A stretch of DNA of 63,911 nt, the filler included, from Octopus bimaculoides (taxonomy: Eukaryota), in assembly GCF_001194135.2 (NCBI RefSeq). It is 4 parts of 4 records of this genome, joined end to end, with 100 filler letters (N's around TTAATTAATTAA, not from the genome) between each part and the next. Parts side by side here need not be neighbours in the genome. Positions count along the whole stretch, not along the records: positions 44,560 to 59,373 come from NC_068998.1; positions 59,474 to 63,911 come from NC_068983.1; 2 more parts are not named here. The stretch is one strand, 5' to 3'. Shown here one piece after another: positions 51,137 to 63,019 of the stretch; the first letter of the stretch is position 1, and each line of letters begins with the position of its first letter. The notes beneath the pieces are model-generated. The model was not told where the DNA came from, ran no database searches, and was given only the letters and a program-made list of their open reading frames with translations. Made by a program: the position numbers and the translations under genes.

Positions 51137-52638
51137 GTATTTATCATTTATCTTTTACTTATTTCAGTCATTGGTCCAAGGCCATGCTGGGGCATTGCCT
51201 TCAACCACCCCCAATACTTTCTCTTTTCTTAAGTCTGTTACTTATTCTGTGGCACTCTTTTGCTGAACACATTGAGCACATTGCTTAAATAACCACCCCA
51301 AACAGGGGTGTTAAGTTACTGGATCTACCAATTTACATATTAAATGCATTCCTGGAACTGGTATGTTTATATTAATGATTTGTAGATACGTGGTGTTTCG
51401 TTATTCAACCATAACATACTATAAAGTATGTTAAATGTTATTATAAGTCAATACCATGTTCTACTGTGTTAGCAGTGCGCTTTACATTATTTTGTTAAGC
51501 TTATTTCTACAGATATTTCTATAGAAATTGAAGCCAGCATTGATTTTTGCTACATTTTGTATCAAGATGTCAGATGTAAACAATGCGATGAAAGACAAAA
51601 ATGGCTAATGAGTGTTTCTGCCATATTTCGGGGGTTGTTGTTGCCCCTTCATCCACACGCATCTAATCCATACTCACCTTTATATGTACATGCGTGGTAA
51701 GCTTTCACTAAGTTTCTGTCTACGAAATTCACTGACAAGACATTAATAATGGTGGGGCAATAATAGAAGATACTTGACTAAGGTGTCACACACAGGTATT
51801 GAACCCCAAACTATTTGTTAGCCAAGCATTACTATCATGGTTACTGAAGATGAGACAAAATTTTTTAAATGGTTGTAATATGAAATATTGCAAATAATTC
51901 AAGGTTTTAATTTAAAATTTTTATTGACAGCTTCTAACCAAAAAGAACTCCAAGAGAACTTTGTCACACCTCGCCGTGCTCTGGGGGATGTTAATAAAAA
52001 TGTGCGTACAGGGCAAACTCCATTGTCAAAACCAGTTTTTCTTGGAGAGCAAAATCCTGAAAAAGAATCGTGCAAGAAGAAGAAGAATCGTCGTGCTTTA
52101 GCCAGTATTTCAGAGAATGAATTGGTAAGTTGTTCTTTGTCTTTGAGCTGGTGCTACCATTGTTGTCATTTACAAGGAATTTCTAAAAAATGTCAGTTCT
52201 AAATATTTCTGCTTTTCTTGTTACAGAAACAAGATTTCAAACCAAAGAAAGGTTTGGAGAAACCAGTCAAAAGTTCTCTGACTGCAACAAGTAAGAATCT
52301 GGCTTCCCATGATGATATCGAGAAAGCATACAGACCGCTACAGGAAAACGGTAAATGTTATTTGATATCAGTTGTTTGATTCAAAATGTCTAAATGTCCA
52401 AGACGAAGTTGTTCATCATAATCAAGCTTTCATGGTTCAGACGGAATTTGTTGACATGGATTTCCTGTGGCCTGATGCCCTTCCTGCCAGCAACTTTTCT
52501 ACATCTGGACATGTTTTCTTAGAAGATTGCTAATGAATGATTCTGTGTATACGATGGAAACACCCATATACACCTATCATGTGATGTCAAGACAAAGGAG
52601 ACAAAAGACCTATCTGCTATGCATATATACATGCATAC

Positions 52639-52696
<58 letters not shown>

Positions 52697-53857
52697 GTAA
52701 CCAACACCAGTGTCACATGACCAGCCCACTTAAAAGTACTTTGGATCGTAGGGCGACGTGCCGTGCTTGAGGAGACCAACTGAGTCAAGTACATCAACAG
52801 CAATATCAAAATCAAATCAAATGGAAATTGTAGTTGTGTTCTGTTTCCATCTACCGTAGTCACTCACAAGCCATTGGTCAACCTAGGGTTGTAGTAGAAG
52901 ACATTTACCCAAGGTGCCAGACTGGGATTGAACCTGAAATCACGTGGCTGCTGGCTGAACTTGTTAACCACACAGCCACACCTGGCACGGTTTAAAATCG
53001 TTTTTTTTTATTGTTCTGTTTACTGTTTATAATTTATGGTTTCCATACTGTTTTTCAGACAACTATGAAGATATTTGGCCAAAGAAAGAGCGTGCCAGTT
53101 CCTACTTAGACAAACTTTTAAGTTGGAAGCCATCTTGTTTTCAAATTTGGCAAAGTGAAGGAAGTGATTCAGATCACGGAATCTCGGACGATGAAGAATT
53201 GCCAATACTTTCAGGTATAGCTTATTTCTTCTTTAGGTGTCGTGTCCAGAATGTTGGACATAAACAATCATTGTCCTGTCACAATTCTCTTCTGTTTGTT
53301 TTGCTGTAACCGTTCCACTTCATGGCAAAGTATGGAAAGTGATTCAGGCCATGGAATCTCTTCCAACCAGTTCATCAAGCTTGACCTCCATATCATCCTT
53401 CCCCTTAATCTGCTTTAATCTTTAATCTCTCCGAACATCTCTAAATTCTTCAGATCATCTTTCCTCATCACATGACCAAGAAATCTCAGTTCCTTTCTCC
53501 TCATCTCTTGAAGCAGTTTTCTATTTACTGCAAGAGGCTGGATCTGGTCAGTTTGAACCTAAAACAGGTGAAATATTTTGATCTGATATGATTGGTTTAA
53601 ATGGTGACAGGTTCAAAGGTACAAAATCCTTTGGGTCTTTTTTTTTTTTCATATTTGTTTATACTTTTTGTTATTGTATTTGTGTGAAATATCGTTCTCC
53701 CATTTTCGTTTCTTTTCTTTCAGAAACGGGTGATATCTTTGAGAAGGCTTTGTACTCTAGCACCGAAATTCAGTCCGTCCAACCTGAAGCTGAAGATCTA
53801 ACATTACCAGACATCGATGAACTTCTCCTCCTGTCGGACTCAGATGAACAGAGTTAA
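51064..53857 (+). CDS. PTTG1: Securin (PTTG1-like separase inhibitor), 226 aa; join(51064..51136,51931..52124,52227..52350,53059..53214,53724..53857)
   Basis: Four GT-AG introns with compatible phases (1,0,1,1) give a 681-nt ORF; N-terminal KEN box, D-box RRALGDVN (human RKALGTVN), DDIEKAYRP resembling human PEIEKFFP, basic N-half and acidic C-half; AATAAA at 53911. Confidence 0.8.
51931..52124 (+). CDS. PTTG1: Securin coding exon 2 (two D-boxes and a basic KKKKNRR patch)
   Basis: ttgacag acceptor, ttg|gtaagt donor; RRALGDVN 51972-51995, RRALASISEN 52089-52118. Confidence 0.85.
52227..52350 (+). CDS. PTTG1: Securin coding exon 3 (KQDFKP...DDIEKAYRPLQEN)
   Basis: ttttcttgttacag acceptor, g|gtaaat donor. 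Confidence 0.8.
52690..52985 (-). mobile_element. Family B SINE and associated repeat in securin intron 3
   Basis: tagaagacatttacccaaggtgcc...accacacagccac is the reverse-complemented family B head. Confidence 0.7.
53059..53214 (+). CDS. PTTG1: Securin coding exon 4 (DNYEDIWPKKER...DDEELPILS)
   Basis: gtttttcag acceptor, g|gtatag donor, open frame. Confidence 0.8.
53380..53500 (-). mobile_element. Short RTE C-terminal remnant in securin intron 4
   Basis: Minus strand LRFLGHVMRKDDLKNL. Confidence 0.5.
53724..53857 (+). CDS. PTTG1: Securin coding exon 5 (ETGDIFEK...LPDIDELLLLSDSDEQS*)
   Basis: tcttttctttcag acceptor, TAA stop ending at 53857. Confidence 0.8.
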
Positions 53858-53910
53858 ACAAACACTAAACATCTCTCATTGAAACTCTCCTCTTTTAAAT
53901 TTTTCTGTAT

Positions 53911-53916
53911 AATAAA
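53911..53916 (+). terminator. Polyadenylation signal of the securin gene
   Basis: AATAAA 54 nt after the stop, followed by a T-rich tract. Confidence 0.6.
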
Positions 53917-53992
53917 ACTTTATTTTTTATCATTTTTTTTTTTTTATACCAGAGTTTCATTGAGTGTTTTCTTTTAATATTTTGCTGTTGAA

Positions 53993-54128
53993 GACGGTGA
54001 GCTGGCAGAAACTCTCCATTCTGAGTTCAAATTCTGCCTAGGTCGACTTTGCCTTTCGTCCTTTCAGGGTCGATGAATTAAGTACCAGTTGCATACTGGG
54101 TTGATTTAATCGACTGGCACTGGCCCCC
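53993..54128 (+). mobile_element. Family A SINE with a deletion in the head
   Basis: gagctggcagaa, gagttcaaattc, gtcgactttgcctttcgtcctttcagggtcgat. Confidence 0.8.
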
Positions 54129-54599
54129 TCATGAAAAGTTTATGGAAGCAGATTTTCTACAACTGGATGCCTTTCCTGTTGCCAAATCTTGTTTCCAAGG
54201 AAGATAATGTTCCCTTGTGATCAAGCATGTCTTTGTTTTTTTTTTCTGCTCGATATTGAAAACAAACATAGGGGACCATAAATCAGAGAAAAGATGCACT
54301 CGTACATCTGTCAGTAGAGTGGGTATTTTATCTGGAATGTATAATATTAAATATCCATCATGGCTGATCTTACCAATTGGTTTCATATAAAGAATACAAT
54401 GGAGTAACAATCTGAGGGAGAGAGAGAGCTAGCAGGATGGAGATGGTGGCAAAGTGCTGGACATATGCAATGATACAAGGAAACAGGGCGTGGATGTAAC
54501 ACAGGGTCAAAAGGACAGGATTGGGGAGTGGGAGGTAAGCCTAGTGCATGAAGTGGAAATGTGAGGAAGAGAAGAGACGTAATTTCGTTTGTTGTGGTA

Positions 54600-55060
54600 G
54601 AATGTGTGAAGGACACAGTGCTTCTGGAACTCAGTTTCACCGATGTGGGTGGGTCTTCTCAAGAACTTAATATCACCAGACATCTCTATCCATTGTCATT
54701 TATTCCGTGAGGCCCAACATCCTGAGATTGGTCCTTACCTATTCATCCTATGTCTTTCCTAGGTCTCCCTCTTCCACAGGTACCATCCACTTTCAGTGAT
54801 CGACACTTCTTTGTGCAGCTATCCTCATTGATGCGCATCACATGTCCAAACCAATGTAGTCTTCTCTCTTGCATGCTTCATTTGATTCCTCTTCTGTCCA
54901 ACATTTCTCTCAATACATTTGCACTTTGTTGTACATGCACACTGAGGTTGCAAATCGAATGGCAAATACCACCTTCATGTCACTCCAGTCTACAGACGTC
55001 TTCTGAATTCAGAGCCAATGTCTCACTATTATGGAGTAGAGTCATTCACACACAAGCATC
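54600..55060 (-). mobile_element. RTE LINE C-terminal and 3'UTR fragment
   Basis: Colinear with 12700-13060 (ctttcctaggtctccctcttccacagg...gctatcctc...catcacatg). Confidence 0.75.
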
Positions 55061-55072
55061 ATCAGATAATAA

Positions 55073-55107
<35 letters not shown>

Positions 55108-55639
55108 TATATTTATACATGCATACAAAAACGAAGTGTATATATATATATATATATGTAATTTTGGGGACTAATGAGTATATGTCAATTAGTGTGTTGA
55201 GTAAAGCACGTCGACAGTTTCGGGCTACCTGGTGTCATCCATAGTTGTGATATATTTCCTCTGGATCAATGACAAGATTTCCACTGTTAGTTGGGATAAT
55301 AATTAAAGAAAGACCGATTCGGCACAATTGCCTATGTATAGAAAGATAGAAAAAATTGATTTAGAACTGGCGTCTACTTTTCAAAACTGGAGCATAAATG
55401 TATTTGTTAGAAATAGCAGTTAAATTAATTGTCTTGAATGTGCAGAAGTATAGAATAATTATGCTATCTTTGAACAAGCTAGAACTAAACGGGAAGAGAT
55501 TGAAATTTATAGATCTAAGGGAAGTAAATCGTAAATTTATATCATGAGTTACTTCCCTTGATAAAACAAAAATGCGTTTTATTTTTTGCTCCCAGTATTT
55601 CGGAAGATTCATCGTTGCTGGAATTATATAAACTTCATA

Positions 55640-55752
55640 ATAGGCGCAGGTGTGGTAAGTAGCTTGCTTACCAACCACATGGTCCCGGGTTCAGTTCCCA
55701 AAGCCTTGTAAGTGGATTTGATAGACGGAAACTGAAAGAAGCCCGTCGTATA
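55640..55752 (+). mobile_element. Family B SINE 5' half with an internal deletion
   Basis: ataggcgcaggtgtggtaagtagcttgc...gacggaaactgaaagaagcccgtcgtata. Confidence 0.8.
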
Positions 55753-55974
55753 TACGTATATATATATATATATATATATATAGATAATAATAACCCTCCC
55801 TTTATATTTCTATGTAAACTAGCGTTCTTATTACTAAAGCCCATGGAATAATATCGTTGACCCCTTTATATCTCTATGTAAACAAACCTTCTAACGGTCA
55901 CTGACCATGTAACATCTCGGCTCGTAAGTTACCCAATGATTTCGTTTTGTCTTGCTATTATATGTTTTATTATG

Positions 55975-56065
55975 ATCTCCCTGAAGAGAAATGAATGAGG
56001 ACACCAACAGCTCTTTATTCTTTGTGAAAGGACGATCATTTATTTCGAAACATATATGTAGGAAT
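55975..56065 (+). ncRNA. Type-I hammerhead ribozyme with a canonical core
   Basis: ATCTCC-CTGAAGA-GAAATGAATGA(37 nt)TCATTTATTTC-GAA-ACATATATGT-A-GGAAT: 11-bp stem II, 10-nt palindromic stem III, GUA cleavage triplet, stem I with one bulge. Confidence 0.75.
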
Positions 56066-56299
56066 TAAAGGAACTTTCATCGACATGCGTTTTGCTCCAT
56101 TTATTATTATCCATATCCTCTCAAAATGTATCACTTTAACTTGGCATATCAACCTGTAAAACGGTTGTGATATCTAGTTTTTTAGTGTAATTTTGCTACC
56201 TCTGGTAACTATTAACGTATTCAAATTATCGAAAGTTCTAATAAATGAGATAATATTAATATATACATAAACCTATATATATATATATATACGTATGTG

Positions 56300-56560
56300 T
56301 GTGTATAAGTCTGCATCTTTCTGCTTGTGTCTGGCCCCTGTTCACCGCTTCACAACCAGTGTAGATGTCTTCGTGCCTGCGTAACGTAGCGGTTCGGCAA
56401 AATTAACGATAGAGTAAGTACCAAACTTAAAGAAACAAAACAAAAACACTCACCACACCCCCCGAAAACTACTACCGAGGTTGATTTGTTCGACTTAAAC
56501 CCTTCAAAGCGGTGCCCCCAGCAAGGCTGCCATCCAGTGATTGAAACAAGTGAAGGATAA
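56300..56560 (+). mobile_element. Family B SINE 3' half
   Basis: gtaacgtagcggttcggcaaaa...agtaagtacc...gcggtgcccccagcaaggctgc. Confidence 0.7.
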
Positions 56561-57330
56561 AACTATAACAGAAAACTACAATGGTTTTTGAGGAGAATCT
56601 CTCTACAACATTTATCCTTTTGATGTTCACATAACTTTTAAAGGAGAGGAAGGAATTAAATGTACAAGTCTATAACTGCTTCCTTACAGAACATCATTCA
56701 TAATTTTCAATGTCTACTTCATTTATTAATCCGGCTTTCAATACTTTATATTCTAACATATTTCAAGAAGCTCAACTAATGGGCTTTCTTCTTTTATTTA
56801 GCAGTAAATTTTCTTTTCAGGAACTTCCTCAGCTTTCTGTAATAATCTTTTTAGAATGGTTTAATGTATTTTTTTTAATGTATATATATTGACAAAAATA
56901 TAATTGTATTACGTCAGTGCAGTTATATCAGGTTTACAACAATGAGTGAGAAAAGAATGCGACAAAATGACAAGAAAGCAAAGCAAGGGCTTGCTTTGTA
57001 TACGTTATAATGCGCAAACACACATACATACATACATACATACATACATGTAGACATACAGACTGATAGATAGATAGATAGATATTGATAGAAAGCTATT
57101 GATAAACAGATAAATACTCATAGCTATTGATAGAGAGATAGATTGATAGATAAAAACATAGATAGATATTGATACAGAGAAAGACAGATAGATTAGCAAA
57201 ACAGAATCACATGATAAAATAGCTTAAAAGAGCCTTAGAAATAAAGCATTTCTTAGTATATTGCATCTCATCATCGATTCCTCTACAATTTTGATGCCTC
57301 AAGAATTCTAGATTTCTTTAGGACGGTGGA

Positions 57331-57975
57331 TTGGCAGAACCGATATAGCATCGAATAATTTGCCTTGCGTTTCTGTACGTTTCAAGTTCATATCCTGAGC
57401 TCGACTTTCTATTTCTTCTGTTCCGGGTCGATAACATAAAGGAAGCAGTTGAGAACTGGGGCCGCTGTAATTGATTCGCCCCTCCCACAAAATGCCGGGC
57501 TTTTGTCTGTAGAGTAGAAAGAATTATTATTATTCTTAAGGCACCGAGTTGGCAGAGTCGTTAGCATGCCGAACAAAATGCTTAGCGGCATTTCGACCAT
57601 CTTTACGTTCTGGGTTCAAATTCCATCGAAGTCTACTTTGCCTTTCATCCTTTTCGGGTCGATGTAAACAACTTACTCGATACCCCGAAACTGCCGGCCT
57701 TGCGTCAAAATTTGAGATCATTATTAAGGCGGTGAAAAAGGCGGCGAGCTGAGAGAATCGTTAGCACCGGCGGGCGAAATGCTCAGCGGTATTTCGTCTG
57801 TCTTTACGTTCTGAGTTCAAATTCCGCCGAGGTCGACTCTGCCTTTCATCCTTTCGGGGTCGATAAACTAAGTACCAGTTGCGTACTAGGGTCGATCTAA
57901 TCGACTGGTCCCCTCCCCACAAATTTTGGGCCTTGTGCCTAGAGTAGAAAAAGAATCGTTAACACGCCGGGCGCT
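57331..57975 (+). mobile_element. Head-to-tail cluster of three family A SINEs plus a partial head
   Basis: Copies at about 57331-57535, 57538-57720 and 57739-57955, each with A-box, B-box and central domain. Confidence 0.8.
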
Positions 57976-59340
57976 GCAAAGCGAATGATAATTATCAAAT
58001 GTCTCAACTAACCCTCCTCCTCCTCCTCCTCCTCCTCGTCACCACCACCATCATCATCGTCGTCGTTGTCACCACTACCACCACCATAATCATCATCATC
58101 ATCATCCATGTTTTAACGTCTACTTTTATATGCTTGCATGGATCAGACAGGTGCATGTTGGGGGTAGAGTTTTCTACGGCCAGATGCCCTTCGTGCAACC
58201 AGACCTCGTTGGATGCCATGTGACGTCATATTCTCTTTCTGTCGAAAGACAAACAATCCAGACATGCCTGTCCGTAAATACACCCGATCCAGCATCCGAA
58301 AGACCCAAGAAGCAAAAGATAATTTAAGTACACAGTCGTTAACAGCACTTCTAGAAAGAAGAAGGTGGGTTTACGGATAAGGTCATTATTTCTTGCAGCC
58401 TGTACTGTAAAGCTATAGGAATATTGATACATACAGCTGGCTTCATGTAGGCTTTTGGTTATAATGCGTGGCCATTTCTTAATTAAATTCTGCTAGCAGA
58501 GACAGAAATGATATTTTCCAATTGATATCAATATTAAAAGAGAATGCTTGCAACGGGCGACACAATCGCATCGAAGCAACGACAAGAAATTAAGTCTAAC
58601 CGTTCACATTTCAGCTCTGATTAATTCAAAGTAATTTGTTAGATTCCAAGTAAACGAAGGACAGAAGAATGAAAGAAAATAAAGATCATATAGAACCGTG
58701 TTTGAGGTTGTAAGATTGCAAAATCGTATCTGTCTTTTTATCTATTAGCATTATTACGAGAAACACACGTGGATGCATGCGCCATGCCATTTAATGAATG
58801 GCGGCTTTGCTTAATATCTCGCGACAGAAAGAACAAAAAAAATTTCCCCATTTTTATTATTTGTGTGTAGAGATATTCAATATTCATTCCGATGTTGTCA
58901 TTTAACTCCGGGTCAGCCGAGATCGGACACACGTATGATGAAATAATACAAATGATATATGAGCATATGCATCTATACATACATATATGTACATACCTAC
59001 ATCTACATGTATATATAGATGCATATCCGGGTACAGGACGTCGAAAAAGGAACGGGAACATAAACAAAGCACAAAAAAACCGGACTTTTTTTTACGGACA
59101 ACAGAATGAAGACATAGGAAAACAGAAGAGCCACTTATGGATTTTAGTGAGGCAGAGATGATACGAGGGTAGAAATGGGTCGACAGTAAGGGCTGCATGC
59201 ACTCGACGCCAATTCTATTCTGGGAGAGGCGGTGGTGGTGGAGATTCTATGATTAACATCTTTAATTGTAGTCAAAATATACTAATTAGAGAATAACATA
59301 TCTTAAAATTCCGTGCTGCATGTACATATGTATATATGCG

Positions 59341-59373
<33 letters not shown>

Positions 59374-59473
59374 NNNNNNNNNNNNNNNNNNNNNNNNNNN
59401 NNNNNNNNNNNNNNNNNTTAATTAATTAANNNNNNNNNNNNNNNNNNNNNNNNNNNNNNNNNNNNNNNNNNNN
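59374..59473. other. Assembly spacer N44-TTAATTAATTAA-N44 (artefact)
   Basis: Same structure as 26347-26446. Confidence 0.9.
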
Positions 59474-60160
59474 ATACTGTTATGTTTCCCTCGGGTGACT
59501 CGCAGAGATAACACAACGAGTTATACAATTTAATTATTACATTTAGTGTTCAATTACATACAAAGAACGCACTCACCCAATGTTCGTTATGAATAAACAA
59601 AAGTCATGTCCGCCATATATATATCAATGACATTTTACCACGACAGTCCCACAAGACAACAACAATGAAACAATGAACTCAGACGAACCACATGACACAC
59701 GGAACGTCAGACGAATTTCATATCTAACAGTCCATATAACATATACCCCTGCTGTTCATATACTGAATGCTTCTAGCACTATATCCCAGTACAATATCCT
59801 AGCATTAGTACCCACAAAGACTGAAATAATAAATAGTAGCTAAGAAACTTAACCACCGTATGTCCTGGAGCAACTGTGTTCGAAATTTACTTTGTAATAC
59901 TAAACGCATTCGACACTTCTAAAGTTTATTGCATTCCAAAAGCTATCATTATTTACCGTTAAAATTGACGGGAATTGTCGGTTTAATGATACTGTTGTTT
60001 AACTTAATGGTAGAGTACTCAACCGATATCTGAGGGATACGGTTTCGAGTCCCGTAGGCATCTGCTGACAACCTTTCTCCGCCTTATAAAGATAAAATAC
60101 CCAATCTTTCTGTTGTTTTCACGGCTATATTGTGTTGGAAATTTACTTTCTTGTCTTACA

Positions 60161-60207
<47 letters not shown>

Positions 60208-61227
60208 ACGCACACACACACAGCTACCTACCAACATACTTACAAATATATGTGTGTTTATATATATATTTTACATTATATACACCTTCATAAAGGAAAC
60301 GAAACGCTAACGATCACAGATTAAAAATTCAAAATATCAGAAAGGCAGAAATTTCTCATTGGTTGACTGGTCACATTCGGCTGCACTGTTGCATTAAAAT
60401 ATCACGTAGAACTTAAGCAAGATTCCCTTATATGATATATGAGATAGATTACATTCAGGGTGCTATATAAATCTGATATAGTGTAAAGTTCTTGAATTAA
60501 AATATACAAATGAATAAAGAAGAATGCATTTTCATGCCCTTACACAAACATATTCATTCAGGAACGAGAACAAACGCCGATCCACTTCATTGTCAAAGTA
60601 AATATGGAAAATGAAAGATCGAGGAGAAAATACACATAACAAAGTGGCAGTAAGTGAAATTTGTGTGCAAGCACAACATTTAACACTGAGTAAAAATGTC
60701 AATATAAAAATATAAATATTAACAAGAGAGAAGAAGCTGTCTATTTTTGTTTGCACACAAGTCAAGCTATGATCCTTGTAGCATAACTCTGTTATGGATA
60801 CATTCCAGCTACGAACCAGTTAAATAGCTGATGCAACTGAGATATTCGACATCCATATTCAAATATATTCAATACACTCTCCTATGGCTGTCCTACTCTG
60901 TTTGATCATATCTTATTCCCACCAGTAGGACCGGGGTACTTCAAATTTGGTGGGCCCCTCATACACAAGGATTAAAATCTTAGAAAATTCGCCAAATATA
61001 ATCTCAAAATTCATGTATTGCATGTAATGAATTTGACGTGTTAGCAGAGAAGGTTTAAATAAACAGCTGAAAATGTCGCTTTATAGACACACGTTTCAAA
61101 ATTCAAATTGTTCTCTCACACATCCACTTGCAGTGTTTGACTTTTCCTTCATTGTGAAAAGTACAATGAAGGAGGGAAGAGGGGATGATATATTTTTCTC
61201 TAATGCGAGATACAAATGTTTCAGAAT

Positions 61228-61608
61228 GTTGGCACTCCGTCGGTTACGACGACGAGGGTTCCAGTTGATCCGATCAACGGAACATCCTGCTCGTGAAATT
61301 AACGTGCAAGTGGCTGAACACTCCACAGACACGTGTACCCTTAACGTAGTTCTCGGGGATATTCAGCGTGACACAGTGTGACAAGACTGACCCTTTGAAT
61401 TACAGGCACAACAGAAACAGGAAGTAAGAGTGAGAGAAAGTTGTGGTGGAAGAGTACAGCAGGGTTCGCCACCATCCTCTGCCGGAGCCTCGTGGAGCTT
61501 TAGGTGTTTTCGCTCAATAAACACTCACAACGCCCGGTCTGGGAATCGAAACCGCGATCCTATGACCGCGAGTCCACTGCCCTAACCACTGGGCCATTGC
61601 GCCTCCAC
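61228..61608 (-). mobile_element. Full-length tRNA-derived SINE, family C
   Basis: Minus-strand head gtggaggcgcaatggcccagtggttagggc (A-box) and ggtttcgattccc (B-box); its 3' end recurs at 63650-63712 on +. Confidence 0.8.
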
Positions 61609-61768
61609 TACAGAATGTAGAATATGATAAAATGACAGAAAATTACGAAAAAGAAAAATACATAATTTTTGTTTTAAAAAAGTTTCCCTTCATTGTTTTG
61701 CAATGCGTAAAAGAAAGGGAAAATACTGACGTAAACGGTGATGTTATTTTTCTGATGTTATTTTTCTG

Positions 61769-62870
61769 TTGATATTATTTTTCAAGTCCCTGCCTGGGAT
61801 CGAACTTAGAATCCGAAAATGGGTGGAAAAGGACAATCAGCTGGCATTCCATGACGTATTAATAAAATGTACCGAGTATGGGTTCATGACATCCATATAC
61901 CGCAAGCCAACCTTCACTGGACAGCGCCTAAAACAAGTGCTCAGTGCCTAAAACATCGAACAAAGACTATAAGTAGCGATCCTGATACATATCAGGAAGA
62001 AATGATCAGACTGAGAAGCAATCTGCTATGCAACAACTACCCAAAGAACATACTATCCATTCCAATTAAGAAGAGGAGAGAGGATGAAACCCGTAAACTG
62101 AGCGCACTCTGTCTACCCTATTTCAAAGGCTTCTCAAAAAAGATACAAAAGATATGCGGTCCATATGACATCAGGATAGTATTCAGAAGTAATACGACAC
62201 TTCGCAGATATCTTCTCCGAGTGAAACCTCCCATAGAAGAGAATGTGGCCAAAATCTGCGTGTACTCTATCCCATGCAGTTGTGGTAGGTTATACAAAGT
62301 CGAAACATGCCGTCCCCTTAAAGAAAGGGTAGAGGAACGTCGGAAAGCTGTGACACGAGAGGATGTTGAAAAATCGGGTATAGTCGATCATGTATGGAAA
62401 AAGGGAGAAGTGGGATGAAGTTAAAATAATCGACGGAGAACACTACTGGAAAATACGACAATTAAAAGAGACTGCACATATGCTAGGGCACAACAGACTC
62501 CTAAGTAGACCTAATGCGGATATGAATGTAATATGGGAACCAGTATTAAGAAAAGATAAAATACTAGGTTTATAAGCCCTAAAAATTCACTCTGTAATTG
62601 CTCACAGGCATATAACAGTGGACGAGGGCGCGGGCTACTCATCTTTGGATTCTAAATTCAATCCCAGGCAGGCACTTGAAAAATAATATCAATAGAAAAA
62701 TAGCATCAGCAACGTACCTTGGAAATTAGAACAGTGTACCCCATTAGTCAAATAAAGGATTGGGTTCGAAATTCCATCAGAACACCTGATGAAGGCTGGA
62801 GAGTACATCAGCCGAAACGCTGTCATAACAATAAACAAGGTGAGGACACCTATCTGTCCATTGTAAATAA
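61769..62870 (+). mobile_element. 5'-truncated Penelope-like element (RT thumb, GIY-YIG) with 3' pseudo-LTR
   Basis: LAFHDV...TSIYRKPTFTG; NNYP; CVYSIPCSCGRLY..ETCRPLKERVEE; DHVW; WDEVKIID; 3' repeat homologous to 50790-50930. Confidence 0.85.
62781..62825 (+). ncRNA. Minimal hammerhead motif in the PLE pseudo-LTR (intact core and stem II, decayed stems I/III)
   Basis: AACAC-CTGATGA-A-GGCTG(gagagtacat)CAGCC-GAAA-CGC-T-GTCA. Confidence 0.6.
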
Positions 62871-63019
62871 AGTAGTGGGAAACTGGTAATTACTCATTTT
62901 GCCCCAGTTACCAATTCTACCCTGACGGAAAATATTGAAAAAGAATATTTGATAAAATTTTCTGTATCATACAATATTAATATTATCTGTTATTACAATA
63001 TTAACAATGTAATATCGTT

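Noticed and set aside
60001-60060. tRNA-like A and B boxes (taatggtagagt...ggtttcgagtccc)
   Set aside because: No complete cloverleaf could be drawn; probably a decayed SINE head rather than a tRNA gene
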